Part shown: piece by piece, positions 49,392-61,329 of the stretch
How the letters are laid out: every line of letters starts with the position of its first letter
Numbering within the stretch: position 1 is the first letter of the stretch
Assembly: GCA_027317865.1 (NCBI GenBank)
Contig: DAHVQG010000010.1
Coordinates: forward strand, 1 to 64,000
Length of the DNA: 64,000 nt
Source of the DNA: Bdellovibrionales bacterium
Lineage (GTDB): Bacteria; Bdellovibrionota; Bdellovibrionia; Bdellovibrionales; UBA1609
Direction: 5' to 3'
Made by a program: the position numbers and the translations under genes
The notes under the pieces: generated by a model
Databases searched by the model: none
What the model saw: only the letters and a program-made list of their open reading frames with translations
What the model was told of the DNA's origin: nothing

Positions 49392-49991
49392 CCCGAGTTG
49401 TTTCGGCTTTGGAGTAATTTGCGGAAAGCGCAATTCCGTTTTGCCCGAAAGAGTAATGAGATTTTCAATTGGAGGCAGTAATAAGCCGCCGGTCATTTTT
49501 TCGATGAGTCGAATAAATAACATTCCACAATACGAAGCATCTTCTTCGGCACGGTGAAAGTTCGAAGCTGGAATTTGCAAATGTTGTACAAGAGTGCCCA
49601 GTTTATAATTAGGTAAGCCAGGTATGATTTTGCGAGCCATATTGCATGAATCCAGAACGACCCCTTTGGGCGCGGGCGTCTCTAGCCGAACTACGTCTGA
49701 GACTAGAAATTGAAAATCAAAATTAGCATTGTGAGCAACTAAAATGTCGTCGCCACAAAATTCCGCAAAAGCGGGAAGTAATTTCTCAATCTTGGGTTGT
49801 CCCCGTACCATGTCCTGTCGAATTCCATGAACGGCCGACGATGCTTCCGGAATTTCTATGCCCGGGTCAACAAGGGTGCAAAATTTGGCCTCAGCCACGC
49901 CGTCAACATAGCGGATGGCGCCGATTTCAACGATGCGGTCGACACCGGCAATAAACCCTGTTGTTTCTAAATCAAAACTGATAAATCTCAT
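49377..49991 (-). CDS. DEDDh 3'-5' exonuclease (DnaQ-like)
   Basis: FDLETTG, VAHNANFD, HRAEED. Confidence 0.9.
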   Translation of the reverse strand: MRFISFDLETTGFIAGVDRIVEIGAIRYVDGVAEAKFCTLVDPGIEIPEASSAVHGIRQDMVRGQPKIEKLLPAFAEFCGDDILVAHNANFDFQFLVSDVVRLETPAPKGVVLDSCNMARKIIPGLPNYKLGTLVQHLQIPASNFHRAEEDASYCGMLFIRLIEKMTGGLLLPPIENLITLSGKTELRFPQITPKPKQLGLFDL

Positions 49992-50045
49992 GAAGATTTG
50001 ACGCTAAGACTGAACAATACGTTTTTCAAACATTTTGTGAGGCTA

Positions 50046-50381
50046 ATGGGTAGCGTATATTTCTTGCCTGCCGAAATCGAGTGCACCATAAAAAATGAAC
50101 AGTCCATTTTGGAGCTGGCACTTAAAAATAAAATTCCTCTTGACCACTCCTGCGGAGGGTCGGGCAGCTGCAGCACGTGCCGCGTATTTTTGAGTTGGCG
50201 CACCGATGTGGCAAATTCGTCCAAAGTTGCAGTAGATCCCTTGGTAGAATCGGCGCAGGTATATCCGCCTCGCGGTGATGCCGAGCAAGCGATGGCCGAT
50301 GATCGAAATTTTGCTCCGCACGAACGGCTCTCCTGTCAAATTGAACCGCTTGACGGAATGATTATCACCGTACCGGATTAA
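50046..50381 (+). CDS. 2Fe-2S ferredoxin
   Basis: HSCGGSGSCSTC...RLSCQ. Confidence 0.88.
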   Translation: MGSVYFLPAEIECTIKNEQSILELALKNKIPLDHSCGGSGSCSTCRVFLSWRTDVANSSKVAVDPLVESAQVYPPRGDAEQAMADDRNFAPHERLSCQIEPLDGMIITVPD

Positions 50382-51619
50382 TTTGGGCCAGACGGTTTAT
50401 GCACATAAATAGGATTAGTTAAAATCCAGTTAATCCATTTCGTGCCATCCGGCCACGGCAAAGGTACACGTAGCCGCACAAGCGAGCGATAAACTCCTGC
50501 GGCAACAATCGGAAATTTCGTGTCGATCGCCGTCGATGTCGATATAACCTGGCCGTCTTTATAAATATAAGTTTTAAACGGGACAAGCGGCCGATTCGGT
50601 AAATTCACATGGTAGACAAGATGTGGGATAAGTTTCGTGACTCCGCCAAGCGGTATCACCTTTCGGCGCGGGGCTGAAGCATAAGCCACGAAACCTCGTG
50701 GGTTAGCGAGGATATCAAGGCTAATGTAAAACTGTCCGTTTCTTAGAGCATTTGAGATTTTTCGGTGATCGGCTGCGGCTTGGCCAGTAAGCTCCGAGCG
50801 AATGAGGACGTGATTTTTCACTATTGAAAATAAAGTTTGATAACTTGGAATCGCCAAGTAATGACTTCCCCATAGCCGAATTTTAGCATCCGCATCGGTA
50901 CCGGCAAAGCCGAGCGTGGGCCTTAACGAATTGAGTCGATCCCACAGCGCCATTTCTCGATCATTGCTGGTTTCAGTAAAAAGCCGCAAATAAGACAGAG
51001 TTGTGTTGTAGGGAAAGATACCCAAACTCCAAAAGAATGAGGCCTTTGACTGCAGCCAATCTTGCTGCCAAAGCTCTTTCAAATTGTAGATTTCGATACC
51101 GTCGAGACCTGGCGGATAATTGCCAGTCCAATGATAACCATGCTGAAAGGGATGCGCTAAAACAAAAAGACCAGCCGATCGATCGCGATCGGCTGTTGAA
51201 AGAAGGTCCGCAAACGCCGTTTGAGAACGGCCAGGTCCCTGTAAATGATTGGTCGTTTTCATGTCAAAGTTAAGCAAGACAGAGTCGAGATAGTTATATT
51301 CCCCTCCGACAAACACAAGAACGCGGTCATAGTAGCGATTTTCGTCCATGGGGGGGTGAAAATCATTTAGGTCATTGAGAATCAGAAAATCAAGATGGTC
51401 AGCGGTTGCCGCACGCACAATCGTGGCAAGACTTCCGCTCCCCGTACTGCGGTTTGTATGAACGTCCATCACTCCGGCGTAATCGTAAAATAATTTTTGT
51501 TCTGTCACGCGAAGGGGCGATTCGGGTGCGAAAGCTTCAAATGTCCATTGACTGATAAAAGTACCGTAAGCGACATCGAGAAATACAAGAAATAAAAAGG
51601 CGTATATCAGTCGGCGCAT
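50378..51619 (-). CDS. Membrane-anchored PHP-domain protein
   Basis: DVHT..S.G, LILND, LAHP, GIEIYN, GTDA; several metal ligands look substituted. Confidence 0.65.
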   Translation of the reverse strand: MRRLIYAFLFLVFLDVAYGTFISQWTFEAFAPESPLRVTEQKLFYDYAGVMDVHTNRSTGSGSLATIVRAATADHLDFLILNDLNDFHPPMDENRYYDRVLVFVGGEYNYLDSVLLNFDMKTTNHLQGPGRSQTAFADLLSTADRDRSAGLFVLAHPFQHGYHWTGNYPPGLDGIEIYNLKELWQQDWLQSKASFFWSLGIFPYNTTLSYLRLFTETSNDREMALWDRLNSLRPTLGFAGTDADAKIRLWGSHYLAIPSYQTLFSIVKNHVLIRSELTGQAAADHRKISNALRNGQFYISLDILANPRGFVAYASAPRRKVIPLGGVTKLIPHLVYHVNLPNRPLVPFKTYIYKDGQVISTSTAIDTKFPIVAAGVYRSLVRLRVPLPWPDGTKWINWILTNPIYVHKPSGPN

Positions 51620-51638
51620 GCCACAAATAGCTCGTTGG

Positions 51639-52601
51639 TCATGGGTATCGTAACGTTATGGGTTTACCCAGCTGACCTGGTACGCCGAGGTCATGGCCAT
51701 TTTTAATAATGTCGATCATCCCTCCGTCCGTTGCGCTTATAACGACGCGTTCATTCGTTTTGATCGTGTGAACAGCTTGCGGCACCAATTGAATGGTTTG
51801 CGGCGGAGTCTTACCGACTTGAAGGGTCACGGTTACATTATCAAGCGCTTCAATTATAAGCTGTAGGGTTGGTTGAGGTGGTTTCACCGGCACAATTTTT
51901 TGCCGTGTTGAAATATTAGTTGTCGGTTTCGCATTTGTATTAACCGAGGTTTTCGTGGTGGGTTTTTGAGTCGATTTGATAGGCGCGGGCGGTTGCTTTT
52001 GAGTTGTTAGCGGTTTTTGAGGTGTCGAATGTAACGACTGTGTATTTGCTTGGCCGTTGCGGGTTACCGTTTCAACTGGGGGAGCCAGCACCCCGTGTGG
52101 CAAAGTTGTCGTAACTGTCGGAGTGGTTTTTTCGCGCTCATATTTATCTTTGAGTTTTTTAACGAAAATAACGAGTCCAACGAGTATAAAAATGGCGGCA
52201 AATATCATTATCCGTGAAGCCAAGGAGCGCTCATTCATAGAGCTTTTACTAATGGCCTGCGGTTTATTTTCTTGAGGGCGAGACTCATGAACTACGCCCG
52301 CTTCGTTAGCAGAGGCGGTATCGGGCTCGTCGGCAAAGCGGGCACGACCACTATCCGTGCGCATTGCGCCATAAGCGGCCAAAATCGGTTCGGCATCGAT
52401 TTTCAAATATGCGGCATACGAGCGGATAAACCCGCGGGCAAAAGATTTCGCCGGAAGGGCATCTCGGTCACCCTCTTCGAGCGCTTTTAAAATACGCGCA
52501 TTGATTTTTGTCGCAAGGGCAACGTCTTGCAAAGATAATCCCAAGCGCTCACGGGTCGCGCGCAGTTCTTGACCTGGATTTTTAATTTCTGTCTCTGTCA
52601 T
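51639..52601 (-). CDS. rodZ: RodZ-like protein (HTH, TM, linker, C-terminal domain)
   Basis: GQELRATRERLGLSLQDVA...LEEG...ARGFIRSYA; single TM; DGG...NG..LG..G. Confidence 0.85.
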   Translation of the reverse strand: MTETEIKNPGQELRATRERLGLSLQDVALATKINARILKALEEGDRDALPAKSFARGFIRSYAAYLKIDAEPILAAYGAMRTDSGRARFADEPDTASANEAGVVHESRPQENKPQAISKSSMNERSLASRIMIFAAIFILVGLVIFVKKLKDKYEREKTTPTVTTTLPHGVLAPPVETVTRNGQANTQSLHSTPQKPLTTQKQPPAPIKSTQKPTTKTSVNTNAKPTTNISTRQKIVPVKPPQPTLQLIIEALDNVTVTLQVGKTPPQTIQLVPQAVHTIKTNERVVISATDGGMIDIIKNGHDLGVPGQLGKPITLRYP

Positions 52602-53404
52602 TTTAAAATCTCCAACATTTTTTGAGCCTGCGCCGCATATCGACTTGTCGGGAATAGACTCACAAGTTCTTTAAATCGCGCGCGTGCCTGGTCCATTTCT
52701 CCGAGTTTATAAAAGCTCATGCCACTATAAAAGTGCGGTTGATCGAATTTGGACTTTCCGCAGATTCGAATTGCCTGATCGAGGCTCTCGGCCGCACTTT
52801 TGTAATCTTTCAGGGAATAAAGGGTGCGTCCGTAAATATCCATTGTTTTGCAGCTATCATGGCGAGCCTGCAAACTGTTTTCTAAAGCCACTTTAGCCTG
52901 TTTGTATTGTCGGTCGTAAAAGTAAGCTTGGCCCAAATTTGACCACGATTTGGCCGGATGATTGTAAGTAAGATCAGCCGTGGCAAGCTTTAGCTCCCGA
53001 ATAGCCTTTTTGTATAATCCCACGGTAATGTAGAGGCGGCCTAAATTATTTTCAGCTTCGGTAAACTTGGGGCGAAGTTCAAGTGCGCGTTTAAAATGTT
53101 TTTGTGCATGATTAAAACGCCGGCGTACATAGTAGGCTAATCCAAGATTGTTTTGTGTGGAGGCATTGTCGGGATTAAGTTTTTGGCTTCGAAGAAGTGC
53201 TTTCAATGCGAGAGGATAATCGCCGCGAACGAGATAAGTTGTACCGAGTTCGAGATACAGATTGGCCTTTTCGCGGTCACGGGGGCTCACGGTTGAGCAA
53301 GCCGTGAGCGTGATGCTCGTGACCAAGCAAAACAATAACGCTGCAGATTTAGGCATCCTACTTAATCGCATAACTTTTGTGCTCCGCGTGGCAGAAATAG
53401 GCAC
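52598..53404 (-). CDS. TPR lipoprotein, PilF/PilW/Tgl pilotin-like
   Basis: Lipobox LTAC; TPR repeats NNLGLAY, NNLGRLY, SNLGQAY; directly upstream of rodZ. Confidence 0.8.
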   Translation of the reverse strand: MPISATRSTKVMRLSRMPKSAALLFCLVTSITLTACSTVSPRDREKANLYLELGTTYLVRGDYPLALKALLRSQKLNPDNASTQNNLGLAYYVRRRFNHAQKHFKRALELRPKFTEAENNLGRLYITVGLYKKAIRELKLATADLTYNHPAKSWSNLGQAYFYDRQYKQAKVALENSLQARHDSCKTMDIYGRTLYSLKDYKSAAESLDQAIRICGKSKFDQPHFYSGMSFYKLGEMDQARARFKELVSLFPTSRYAAQAQKMLEILK

Positions 53405-54537
53405 ACTATTTCAAGATATTCCGTTTGCGGGAACATATCAATTGCCGTGACCTCCTCAAGCGTGAAAGTGTCGAGCAGAAGTCCCACATCGCGTTCCAGT
53501 GCTCCAAGATCACACGAGACTAGGATGACGCCTCGGGGATGCACGCGTGTGAGTTCAAAAATGACTTTTTTGCCAAGACCCGCGCGGGGCGGGTCGAGAA
53601 TAAAAACAGATTGGGAGGCATCATTTTGCCGAAGTTTTCGAAGGTATTGAAGGGCGTCGCCTGGTATAAATTCGGCCCGAGATTGAAACCCGCTGCTTTT
53701 TGCGATTTCGCGAGCTCGAGTAACGGCTTCAGGGGACGACTCGACTCCGGTTGCCGCAAGCGATTCAAAGCGCGTCAGAACCGGAAAACTCAGGTTGCCG
53801 CTACCGCAATAGAAATCGAATAAGTGTATTGGCTGTGGAGAGATTTGTTCTATATATCTCAAGACAGACTCTTGTAGGGCCCCATTTTGTTGGGTATTCA
53901 CTTGAGAAAAGGCCGGCCCAGAATCGTCAATCCGACGTATGTGCCGTTGACTGGAGCCGTCAAATGATAGCTCATAAGTCCCGTCGTCTAGATTTTTGGG
54001 GAAGTGTTCAAGAAGCGCCTTTTCGGCAATTAAACAATCGTTGATTGCGACTAGGTTGCGAGAGTTCTTTTCGTAAAAGCCAAAACTTGAGTTTTTCACG
54101 TGTACTTGTACGCGGTTTCGATAGCGAAATTCTTGAGGTGCCGCGATCATCTGAAAATTGTAGGCTGTTGAACGGTTCGCTTTTTTAATCGCAAGGTCGA
54201 GATTGCGTTTCAAAAGTTGCTCTTTTTGCCTGAGCTGTTCGTCGTAATGAATGTGTTGCCATGTACACCCGCCACATTTTTGAGCCACTGGGCAGGGCGA
54301 TTCGCGTCGATAAGGCGAAGGTTCGATAATTTGTAGAAGTTGTGCTTCGGCAAAGTTCTTTTTAATTGTCGTTATTTCAACTTCGGCGAGTTCATCAGGG
54401 GCCGTATCGGACACAAACACGACAAGACCGCCATCAAAACGGCCGACCCCGCGGCCACCGTTATATGATAGCCGGTCAATTTTTAAACGAATTTTGTCAC
54501 CGATTTTAACTGGCACCTTAGCGGTTAACGAACTCAT
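53362..54537 (-). CDS. RlmD/TrmA-family RNA (uracil-5)-methyltransferase with TRAM domain
   Basis: CP...CGGC, YRNR, FSQVN, DFYCGSG, LDPPRAG, VSC, DMFPQT; probable ATG at 54537. Confidence 0.9.
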   Translation of the reverse strand: MSSLTAKVPVKIGDKIRLKIDRLSYNGGRGVGRFDGGLVVFVSDTAPDELAEVEITTIKKNFAEAQLLQIIEPSPYRRESPCPVAQKCGGCTWQHIHYDEQLRQKEQLLKRNLDLAIKKANRSTAYNFQMIAAPQEFRYRNRVQVHVKNSSFGFYEKNSRNLVAINDCLIAEKALLEHFPKNLDDGTYELSFDGSSQRHIRRIDDSGPAFSQVNTQQNGALQESVLRYIEQISPQPIHLFDFYCGSGNLSFPVLTRFESLAATGVESSPEAVTRAREIAKSSGFQSRAEFIPGDALQYLRKLRQNDASQSVFILDPPRAGLGKKVIFELTRVHPRGVILVSCDLGALERDVGLLLDTFTLEEVTAIDMFPQTEYLEIVCLFLPRGAQKLCD

Positions 54538-54943
54538 CGGGCCTAAAAAAAAGTTTAAGCTCGCGCTCGGCGCTTGTCGCACTGTCGCTGCCGTGCACTG
54601 CATTTTCGCCAACGCTATCGCCCCAAAGAGCGCGAATGGTTCCGGCGGCGGCCTTTTTGGGGTCAGTCGCGCCCATGATTTCGCGGTTTCTCGTAACGGC
54701 GTTTTCACCAGTTAGAGCCATCAAAAGGACTGGGCCAGAGGTCATAAAGCGAACCACTTCGGGGAAAAACGGACGAGCCTTGTGTTCGGCATAAAACTCT
54801 TCGCACTGTCCTTTTGTGAGCTTCACAAGCTTTGCCGCAGCGATTTTGAGCCCATTTTTTTCAAATTTATCGATGATTGCGCCAATGGCGTTTTTTTTCA
54901 CAGCGTTTGGTTTAATGATACTGAATGTTGTTTCTACGGCCAT
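54518..54943 (-). CDS. ndk: Nucleoside diphosphate kinase
   Basis: [28 protein letters not shown]. Confidence 0.97.
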   Translation of the reverse strand: MAVETTFSIIKPNAVKKNAIGAIIDKFEKNGLKIAAAKLVKLTKGQCEEFYAEHKARPFFPEVVRFMTSGPVLLMALTGENAVTRNREIMGATDPKKAAAGTIRALWGDSVGENAVHGSDSATSAERELKLFFRPDEFVNR

Positions 54944-55136
54944 AATTGCTCCTTCGGTTATTCATGGTCCAATAATCACTGTCGAACAGCTCGAGGATTT
55001 ATCAAATAGTGCGTGTGACGTCACCTAGTGGTTGCCGAGTTTGCTGACTCAGCACAAGCGAAGCGTCAGGAGAAGATTTGCTTTGACAGCCACCGTATGC
55101 CCCGCGGTATGTGCTAATCTTGTATAGGGGAGAACT

Positions 55137-56003
55137 ATGAAAGCATTAAAGTCACTAGTATCATTTAAATTGCTACTTGTTTTAGGACTCACTTCATTAA
55201 TGACGACAGGGGCTTGGGCAAGTGGGCAAAGCGCACCAACTGTGGCCGCGACCACGGTCAATATAAATTTGATCAACAAGGAACTCGCGAGTCTTCTACA
55301 GAAGTACAACAATAAGACGACAAAAATGAGCGCCACCCTCGATGGGGCCACCGTTGACGCCAATCGCGCAACGGGTTTAGCTGTGACAGTTAAAGTTCAA
55401 AAAAACGGCGCGATCCCCGCCGCATTAACCGCGAACATCAATTATTCGTACCCGGAGTCAAAATTAAATCCGCTACTTGGTTTTGGAGCCAATTTAGCGA
55501 CGCCAAACGGGGGGCTGCGAAAGATTCTTGTAAATCTTGGCATGCAACCGCAAAAGATCGACGCGTTTATGAAGCAGTTGCCGGCCATTCTTCAACAACA
55601 GATTTTGTATATGCTGAGTCATCAATATGGCGACGCGGTTGCCGTTTCAGCGCACGCTGAAGGGGTTCAAAAAGATAAGGCGAATCATTACGTTGCGGAG
55701 AATATTGGGATGCGGGTCACAACAAATCCCGCTAAATTACCTCCCGAATTGGGTGCGGATGAGCTTGCGCTGACTTCTGCAAATCTAAATTTATATGTAA
55801 ATTTAAAAAATGGCGCCAAGGTATCAGGGGTGGTTGTACTGAACCCGAAATTTATTGATTTTCAGCCCAATCGATTGGGCTTGAAGCAATATATTGAAGA
55901 ACTAGAAAAAAATGACCCACAAGCTCTCGACACGATTAAAACTTATGTGCAAGAAGCCGACGATTTTTTGGATGCAGCATTGCATCCTAACAACGGCTAT
56001 TAG
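55137..56003 (+). CDS. Hypothetical secreted protein
   Basis: RBS GGGGAG; signal peptide ending AWA. Confidence 0.7.
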   Translation: MKALKSLVSFKLLLVLGLTSLMTTGAWASGQSAPTVAATTVNINLINKELASLLQKYNNKTTKMSATLDGATVDANRATGLAVTVKVQKNGAIPAALTANINYSYPESKLNPLLGFGANLATPNGGLRKILVNLGMQPQKIDAFMKQLPAILQQQILYMLSHQYGDAVAVSAHAEGVQKDKANHYVAENIGMRVTTNPAKLPPELGADELALTSANLNLYVNLKNGAKVSGVVVLNPKFIDFQPNRLGLKQYIEELEKNDPQALDTIKTYVQEADDFLDAALHPNNGY

Positions 56004-56026
56004 ATCTCTAAAGTATGTTGTGGATT

Positions 56027-56896
56027 TTAGCCGAGCGCTTCTTTTAAAGTACTGCCGAGTGTGGCAGGGCTTTTGGCAATTCGGCAACCGGCCGACTCAA
56101 GAGCCGCAAATTTAGCTGCAGCTGTGCCTTTTCCGCCACTAATAATAGCTCCGGCGTGACCCATTCTTTTGCCAGGCGGCGCGGTTGTCCCGGCTATAAA
56201 GGCGGCGACCGGTTTTTTAAATTCACGTTTAATGTATTCCGCCGCTTCTTCTTCTGCCGTTCCGCCGATTTCGCCGATCATTATGACCGCGTCGGTGTTT
56301 GCGTCGCGGTTAAACATTTCAAGAACATCAATAAAATTGGTTCCATTCACTGGGTCACCGCCAATACCGACACATGTCGATTGGCCAAGGCCCAAATTTG
56401 TAAGCTGCCACACGGCTTCGTAGGTAAGCGTGCCAGAGCGAGAAATAACACCGATGCGGCCGGGTTTATGAATGTGCCCTGGCATAATGCCGATTTTACA
56501 TTCACCAGGTGTGATAACGCCTGGGCAATTGGGTCCGATGAGGCGAGATTTTGATCCTTGCAGATAGCGTTTTACTTGAACCATATCCAGAACAGGAATG
56601 CCTTCTGTGATGCAAACGATGAGTTCAAGTTCTGCGTCAATGGCTTCCATTATTGAGTCGGCCGCAAACGGCGGGGGAACATAAATCACAGACGCCGTAG
56701 CGCCCGTCTTCTTAACGCATTCTTCAACCGTGTTAAATACCGGAAGGCCCAAATGGGTTTGGCCGCCCTTGCCTGGCGTTACGCCGCCGACCATTTTAGT
56801 GCCGTATTTTATAGCCTGCTCCGAGTGAAATGTTCCGTTTTGTCCGGTAAAGCCTTGGCACAAAACCTTCGTGTTTTTATTAACAAAAATAGACAT
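56027..56896 (-). CDS. sucD: Succinyl-CoA synthetase alpha subunit
   Basis: [32 protein letters not shown]. Confidence 0.98.
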   Translation of the reverse strand: MSIFVNKNTKVLCQGFTGQNGTFHSEQAIKYGTKMVGGVTPGKGGQTHLGLPVFNTVEECVKKTGATASVIYVPPPFAADSIMEAIDAELELIVCITEGIPVLDMVQVKRYLQGSKSRLIGPNCPGVITPGECKIGIMPGHIHKPGRIGVISRSGTLTYEAVWQLTNLGLGQSTCVGIGGDPVNGTNFIDVLEMFNRDANTDAVIMIGEIGGTAEEEAAEYIKREFKKPVAAFIAGTTAPPGKRMGHAGAIISGGKGTAAAKFAALESAGCRIAKSPATLGSTLKEALG

Positions 56897-56944
56897 GTAA
56901 TTTTGCTCCCACAGTTGTGGCTTTGCGTTTTCGCCCAGCCAAAA

Positions 56945-58114
56945 TTATTTAACCGCCCGTACCGCAGCCACGATTTTTTTGGCGGCATCGTCCAAATCGT
57001 CGGCCGGAGTAATGTTAAGGCCGCTTTCTTTTAAGATTTTTTTGCCGAGCTCAACGTTGGTGCCTTGCAATCGAACAACGAGCGGATGCTTCAGCCCAAT
57101 TTCTTTGGTGGCTGCGATGACGCCTTCTGCGATCACATCGCACTTCATTATTCCGCCAAAAATATTAACCAAAATTCCTTTTACGTTCGGGTCTTTGAGG
57201 ATGATTTTAAACGCCGCCGTAACACGTTCTTTGTTGGCGCCGCCACCAACATCCAAGAAATTGGCAGGCGTTTCACCGTTGAGTTTGATAATGTCCATCG
57301 TTGCCATGGCTAGCCCTGCGCCGTTGACCATGCACCCGATAGTCCCATCAAGTTTTATGTATGAAAGCTCATGCATTTTGGCTTCCGTCTCGGTTGGGTT
57401 TTCTTCAGACAAATCCCGGTATTCTAAAAGATCGGGATGGCGAAAGAGCGCGTTGTCATCAAGATTCATTTTCGCGTCGAGCGCCACGATGTCGCCTTCT
57501 TTTGTCAGTACGAGCGGATTGATTTCAGAAAGACTGCAATCGGCTGACACAAAAGCCCGGTAAAGGCCAATAAAAGCTTTAACCGCTTTATTGACGGACC
57601 CAGCGGGAATTCCAATTTTAAACGCGAGTTGCCGTGCTTGAAAAGGTTGAAGACCGACGGCGGGGTCAACGATTACACGATGAATTTTTTCTGGAGTTTT
57701 AGCGGCAACTTCTTCGATTTCCATCCCGCCTTCGGAGCTAGCCATCAACGTAATTCGTCCATAGTGGCGATCGACGAGTGCTGAGACGTAATATTCTTTT
57801 TGAATATTGCATCCCTGCTCAATGAGCGCTTTAAGCACTTTTTTGCCTTCGGGGCCGGTTTGATGGGTAACAAGGTTCATGCCTATAATTTTTTTGGCAT
57901 TCTCGCGCACTTCATCGAGTGATTTGGCGAGCTTCACGCCACCGCCCTTGCCACGACCGCCGGCGTGAATTTGCGCTTTGACTACCCAAATCGAGCCGCC
58001 GAGTTTTTCGGCGGCGGCTACAGCTTCATCGGCATTGGCGGCGACAACTCCTTTTAAAGTCGGCACGCCGTATTTACGTAAAATTTCTTTTGCCTGATAT
58101 TCGTGAATATTCAA
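56945..58114 (-). CDS. sucC: Succinyl-CoA synthetase beta subunit
   Basis: [39 protein letters not shown]. Confidence 0.98.
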   Translation of the reverse strand: MNIHEYQAKEILRKYGVPTLKGVVAANADEAVAAAEKLGGSIWVVKAQIHAGGRGKGGGVKLAKSLDEVRENAKKIIGMNLVTHQTGPEGKKVLKALIEQGCNIQKEYYVSALVDRHYGRITLMASSEGGMEIEEVAAKTPEKIHRVIVDPAVGLQPFQARQLAFKIGIPAGSVNKAVKAFIGLYRAFVSADCSLSEINPLVLTKEGDIVALDAKMNLDDNALFRHPDLLEYRDLSEENPTETEAKMHELSYIKLDGTIGCMVNGAGLAMATMDIIKLNGETPANFLDVGGGANKERVTAAFKIILKDPNVKGILVNIFGGIMKCDVIAEGVIAATKEIGLKHPLVVRLQGTNVELGKKILKESGLNITPADDLDDAAKKIVAAVRAVK

Positions 58115-58126
58115 AACGGCTCCTTT

Positions 58127-59813
<1,687 letters not shown>

Positions 59814-59826
59814 TTTTTAAAGATTA

Positions 59827-59855
59827 AAATAAAAAACCCTCGGGATTACCGAGGG
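59827..59855 (-). terminator. Intrinsic terminator downstream of the basic microprotein gene
   Basis: Minus strand CCCTCGG-TAATC-CCGAGGG followed by TTTTTTATTT. Confidence 0.8.
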
Positions 59856-59883
59856 CCATTTCGTTTCGAAAAAAGCGCGACCG

Positions 59884-59964
59884 CTATTTTCTTTTGCGTG
59901 TCGTTTTACGAGTTGTTTTTTTCGTAGCTTTTTTCTTTGTAGCTTTTTTCTTTTTTCTTGCCAT
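59884..59964 (-). CDS. 26-aa Lys/Arg-rich protamine/histone-H1-like microprotein (MARKKKKATKKKATKKTTRKTTRKRK), not in ORF track
   Basis: Translated by hand; RBS GAGGGG 5 nt before ATG; own promoter and terminator. Confidence 0.8.
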   Translation of the reverse strand: MARKKKKATKKKATKKTTRKTTRKRK

Positions 59965-59988
59965 GTGATCCCCTCACTTTCTTCTTTG

Positions 59989-60018
59989 ACTATAGAGTGT
60001 GTAGAAAAAATACGTCAA
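59989..60018 (-). promoter_or_regulatory. Sigma70-type promoter of the microprotein gene
   Basis: Minus strand TTGACG-N18-TATAGT, with A-tract-rich DNA upstream. Confidence 0.7.
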
Positions 60019-60151
60019 ACGATTTTTTCATAAAAGTTTCGATTTTTATTTTTTGTCGCACAAAATTTCTTTTTATCGCGCATGTTTTTTGCATTTCTTT
60101 TTTTTCGAGACGAATTTCACGCGAAAAATTGTTCGCGCGACGGAGTTTTGA

Positions 60152-60907
60152 GTGCGACACGCGATTGTTTTTATCGAAATGTCGGCCGGAATGATCACTT
60201 TAGTCCGAATTTTTGCACAAATTCGGAAAAATTCGCTCGTGTCCAACGAAGCGATGACAAAAATTGTCGCTGCTTTTTTTGTCTGCGAGTGTTTGCTCGC
60301 GCTTGTGCCGGCGCGATCAATGATTGCATTCACTATCTGTTGGTCTGTACCGATCGCAGTTGCATCTTTTTTGCCAACGATCATTCGACGCCGTCGCCGT
60401 CAGCACTTTTTGCGACACCGGATTTGGATTTTAAACTGTCTGATTTTAAATACACGCTTAGGAATTGGGCTTCGCCGCGCTCTTGTGCAGACGAGTGACC
60501 GTGCCGATTTCTATATCAAAACTCGGCTCCGCCAACTTCACGATCGCTTGATCACAGAAACTAAAGGAAGTTCGAGTCATGCTCCAATGGACCCTGTTTT
60601 GCACGAATTGTACGAAACTCTTTGGCTTTGCGAGAGCGAAGCTCATCTCACGGTTCAAAGATTGGTGAATTATCGCCAGAAAATAGAAATTTATGAAGAA
60701 TTTCGCCGCAAATCGGATCAGGCTTTGCACCAACTTCGCGCTCAAGCTTATGTGCTAACCGGACTTTATGCGGGGCTTTTGTTGTTTGTTATATCGCGGT
60801 TCGGTTTTACCCAACACGAAAGAGCCATAATGCTGTCGGCAATGTTGTTTTTACTTGGTGTATTTATAACTCTAAGACAGGGGCGAAATATAAAATGGAG
60901 CGTTTAG
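60152..60907 (+). CDS. Divergent TadB-like (T2SSF) membrane protein
   Basis: N-terminal TMs, RLGIGLRRAL helix, RRK..QALHQLRAQAYVL, two C-terminal TMs. Confidence 0.55.
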   Translation: MRHAIVFIEMSAGMITLVRIFAQIRKNSLVSNEAMTKIVAAFFVCECLLALVPARSMIAFTICWSVPIAVASFLPTIIRRRRRQHFLRHRIWILNCLILNTRLGIGLRRALVQTSDRADFYIKTRLRQLHDRLITETKGSSSHAPMDPVLHELYETLWLCESEAHLTVQRLVNYRQKIEIYEEFRRKSDQALHQLRAQAYVLTGLYAGLLLFVISRFGFTQHERAIMLSAMLFLLGVFITLRQGRNIKWSV

Positions 60908-61329
60908 CCCCGCCGCTTGAATTGTGCATTTCGCTACGTCTTGGTATCGAAAGCGGTCAGTCGGTCATGCGAGTCATTAAAAAGTTTAAAATGCACGGCC
61001 GAGATGAAATGTCGTGTGATCTTGCGATGGTGCTTGCGGCCTTTGAGCGCGGCGAAACGGTAAAACTTCGTCCCGAAACCAATAATTTGCTCTACCGACG
61101 TGCGCTATTAGAATTAATCGAGGCGGGGCTAAGGGGCGAACCGATTTTAAATCAACTCAAAGAACTTGAGACCGAGATCCTAAAAGCCTGCCACTCGGAC
61201 ATCGATAAATACGTGGCGGCATTGCCGATGCGTACGATGATTCCGCTTATGTTGATACAATTTCCGGCTTTTTTGTTGTTACTGTTGGGTCCCATTGTAA
61301 GCGAACTCATTAGGGGGTTAAGTTCATGA
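60895..61329 (+). CDS. Short TadC-like (T2SSF) protein
   Basis: ESGQSV, G.PILNQL, MIPLMLIQFPAFLLLLLGP C-terminus. Confidence 0.6.
   Translation: MERLAPPLELCISLRLGIESGQSVMRVIKKFKMHGRDEMSCDLAMVLAAFERGETVKLRPETNNLLYRRALLELIEAGLRGEPILNQLKELETEILKACHSDIDKYVAALPMRTMIPLMLIQFPAFLLLLLGPIVSELIRGLSS

Noticed and set aside
56897-56944. c-di-GMP-I riboswitch-like ACGCAAAGCC on the minus strand
   Set aside because: The sucC-sucD gap is under 50 nt and lacks the rest of the aptamer
56979-57563. Long antisense ORFs (also over groEL, tadA, the YD gene and ALDH)
   Set aside because: Shadows of well-conserved genes on the opposite strand, with no motifs or RBS
60073-60498. Overlapping ORFs 60073..60384 (-) and 60082..60498 (+)
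   Set aside because: They arise from the low-complexity A/T-tract region and overlap the better-supported TadB-like frame
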